This document shows, piece after piece, positions 63,563 through 64,000 of a stretch of DNA of 64,000 nucleotides. Location: the IMG/VR virus record IMGVR_UViG_3300016471_001132, positions 64,001-128,000 of that record; one strand, 5' to 3'. Each line of letters opens with the position of its first letter. Position 1 is the stretch's first letter. This DNA is from a virus. Under the pieces are notes generated by a model, which saw only the letters and a list, made by a program, of their open reading frames with translations, was not told the origin of the DNA and searched no databases. The position numbers and the translations under genes are program-made.

Positions 63563-64000
63563 CGGGGATGCCTGTTATTTGTAGAGTATATCGATCAGTC
63601 TTTCCAACATTGGCCGCCAGATGAGGAGTGGAGCCTTGCCAGATCACGCAATCTCCGGCTTGCCACTTGATAACGGGCGATCTATCGATCTCAAAATAGT
63701 GCCCGCTTTGCCAATCCTCGAGGAATACCACTGCACGATAGATGGACTCTATGTCAGTGACCTGATGGAGTTCTGCGAATTTAGAATAGGTGTCACGATG
63801 TTCTGGCAAGACTCTGCCCGGAGCCATGCGATAAACAGACCAGGAAAAATGCCGCCAAGGAAAATGATCACGGAACGGTTCGATCCATGGCGGTCGAGTG
63901 TTTCTCATATCGTACATGTCGCCGGTGAACTTGGTTTGTGTGTAACCCAAATCTCGCCATTCTTTCAGCGCCAGTTCATCATTGAACGGTTCATTGACAT
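63543..64000 (-). CDS. 2OG-Fe(II) oxygenase, 5' end beyond the window
   Basis: HxD (EHRDTY), PHLAAN, R-x-T-L-Q-I-T; frame stays open to the window edge. Confidence 0.8.
   Translation of the reverse strand, partial: VNEPFNDELALKEWRDLGYTQTKFTGDMYDMRNTRPPWIEPFRDHFPWRHFSWSVYRMAPGRVLPEHRDTYSKFAELHQVTDIESIYRAVVFLEDWQSGHYFEIDRSPVIKWQAGDCVIWQGSTPHLAANVGKTDRYTLQITGIPDENPLV

Noticed and set aside
1-64000. Alternative genetic code (stop-codon reassignment, as in some large phages)
   Set aside because: Conserved genes (aceA, clpP, nadE, infA, phoH, clamp loader) are full length in code 11 and end at the expected C-termini, with TAA, TGA and TAG all used as stops.
1-64000. CRISPR array, integrase/att site, IS element
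   Set aside because: No regularly spaced direct repeats, integrase or transposase ORFs were detected by eye; the intergenic gaps are too short to hold an array.

Overview
This window is a gene-dense, mostly minus-strand stretch of a large lytic tailed-phage genome (T4-like or jumbo myovirus type). I found no host chromosome, integrase, tRNA or CRISPR array. The likely host is a betaproteobacterium (Burkholderiales-like), inferred from the Bug/TctC, ErpA, IF-1, AceA and phasin-like genes. It carries a lysis cassette (M15A endolysin, i-spanin, o-spanin), replication genes (clamp loader, a stand-alone DnaE fragment), a baseplate/tail-fibre block and GroES. It also has many auxiliary genes (PhoH, SOD, ErpA, IF-1, NadE, two ClpP, YccA, desaturase, DadA, AceA, UvsE), modification enzymes (three radical SAMs, Asn-synthase-like, GT-like, amidinotransferase, 2OG oxygenase), and a methyltransferase/nuclease cassette. 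Two promoter classes are readable directly: sigma70-type TTGACC-N17-TATAAT and a late-type TAAATA box. Many of them sit so close to the ATG that the mRNAs should be leaderless. The top candidate novel system is a PhaR-type operator (TGC-RNY-GCA) lying 1-3 bp upstream of the late promoter box of three unlinked units: a phasin-like gene, isocitrate lyase and a micro-ORF trio. This suggests phage genes gated by the host's PHB storage state. A second candidate is a set of T4-CTS-like N-terminal leaders on late proteins, including SOD and a protein with a perfect Tat signal. Product calls rest on motif recognition by eye, with no database searches. Where start codons differ from the ORF track, I refined them using SD, promoter or ATGA-overlap evidence.
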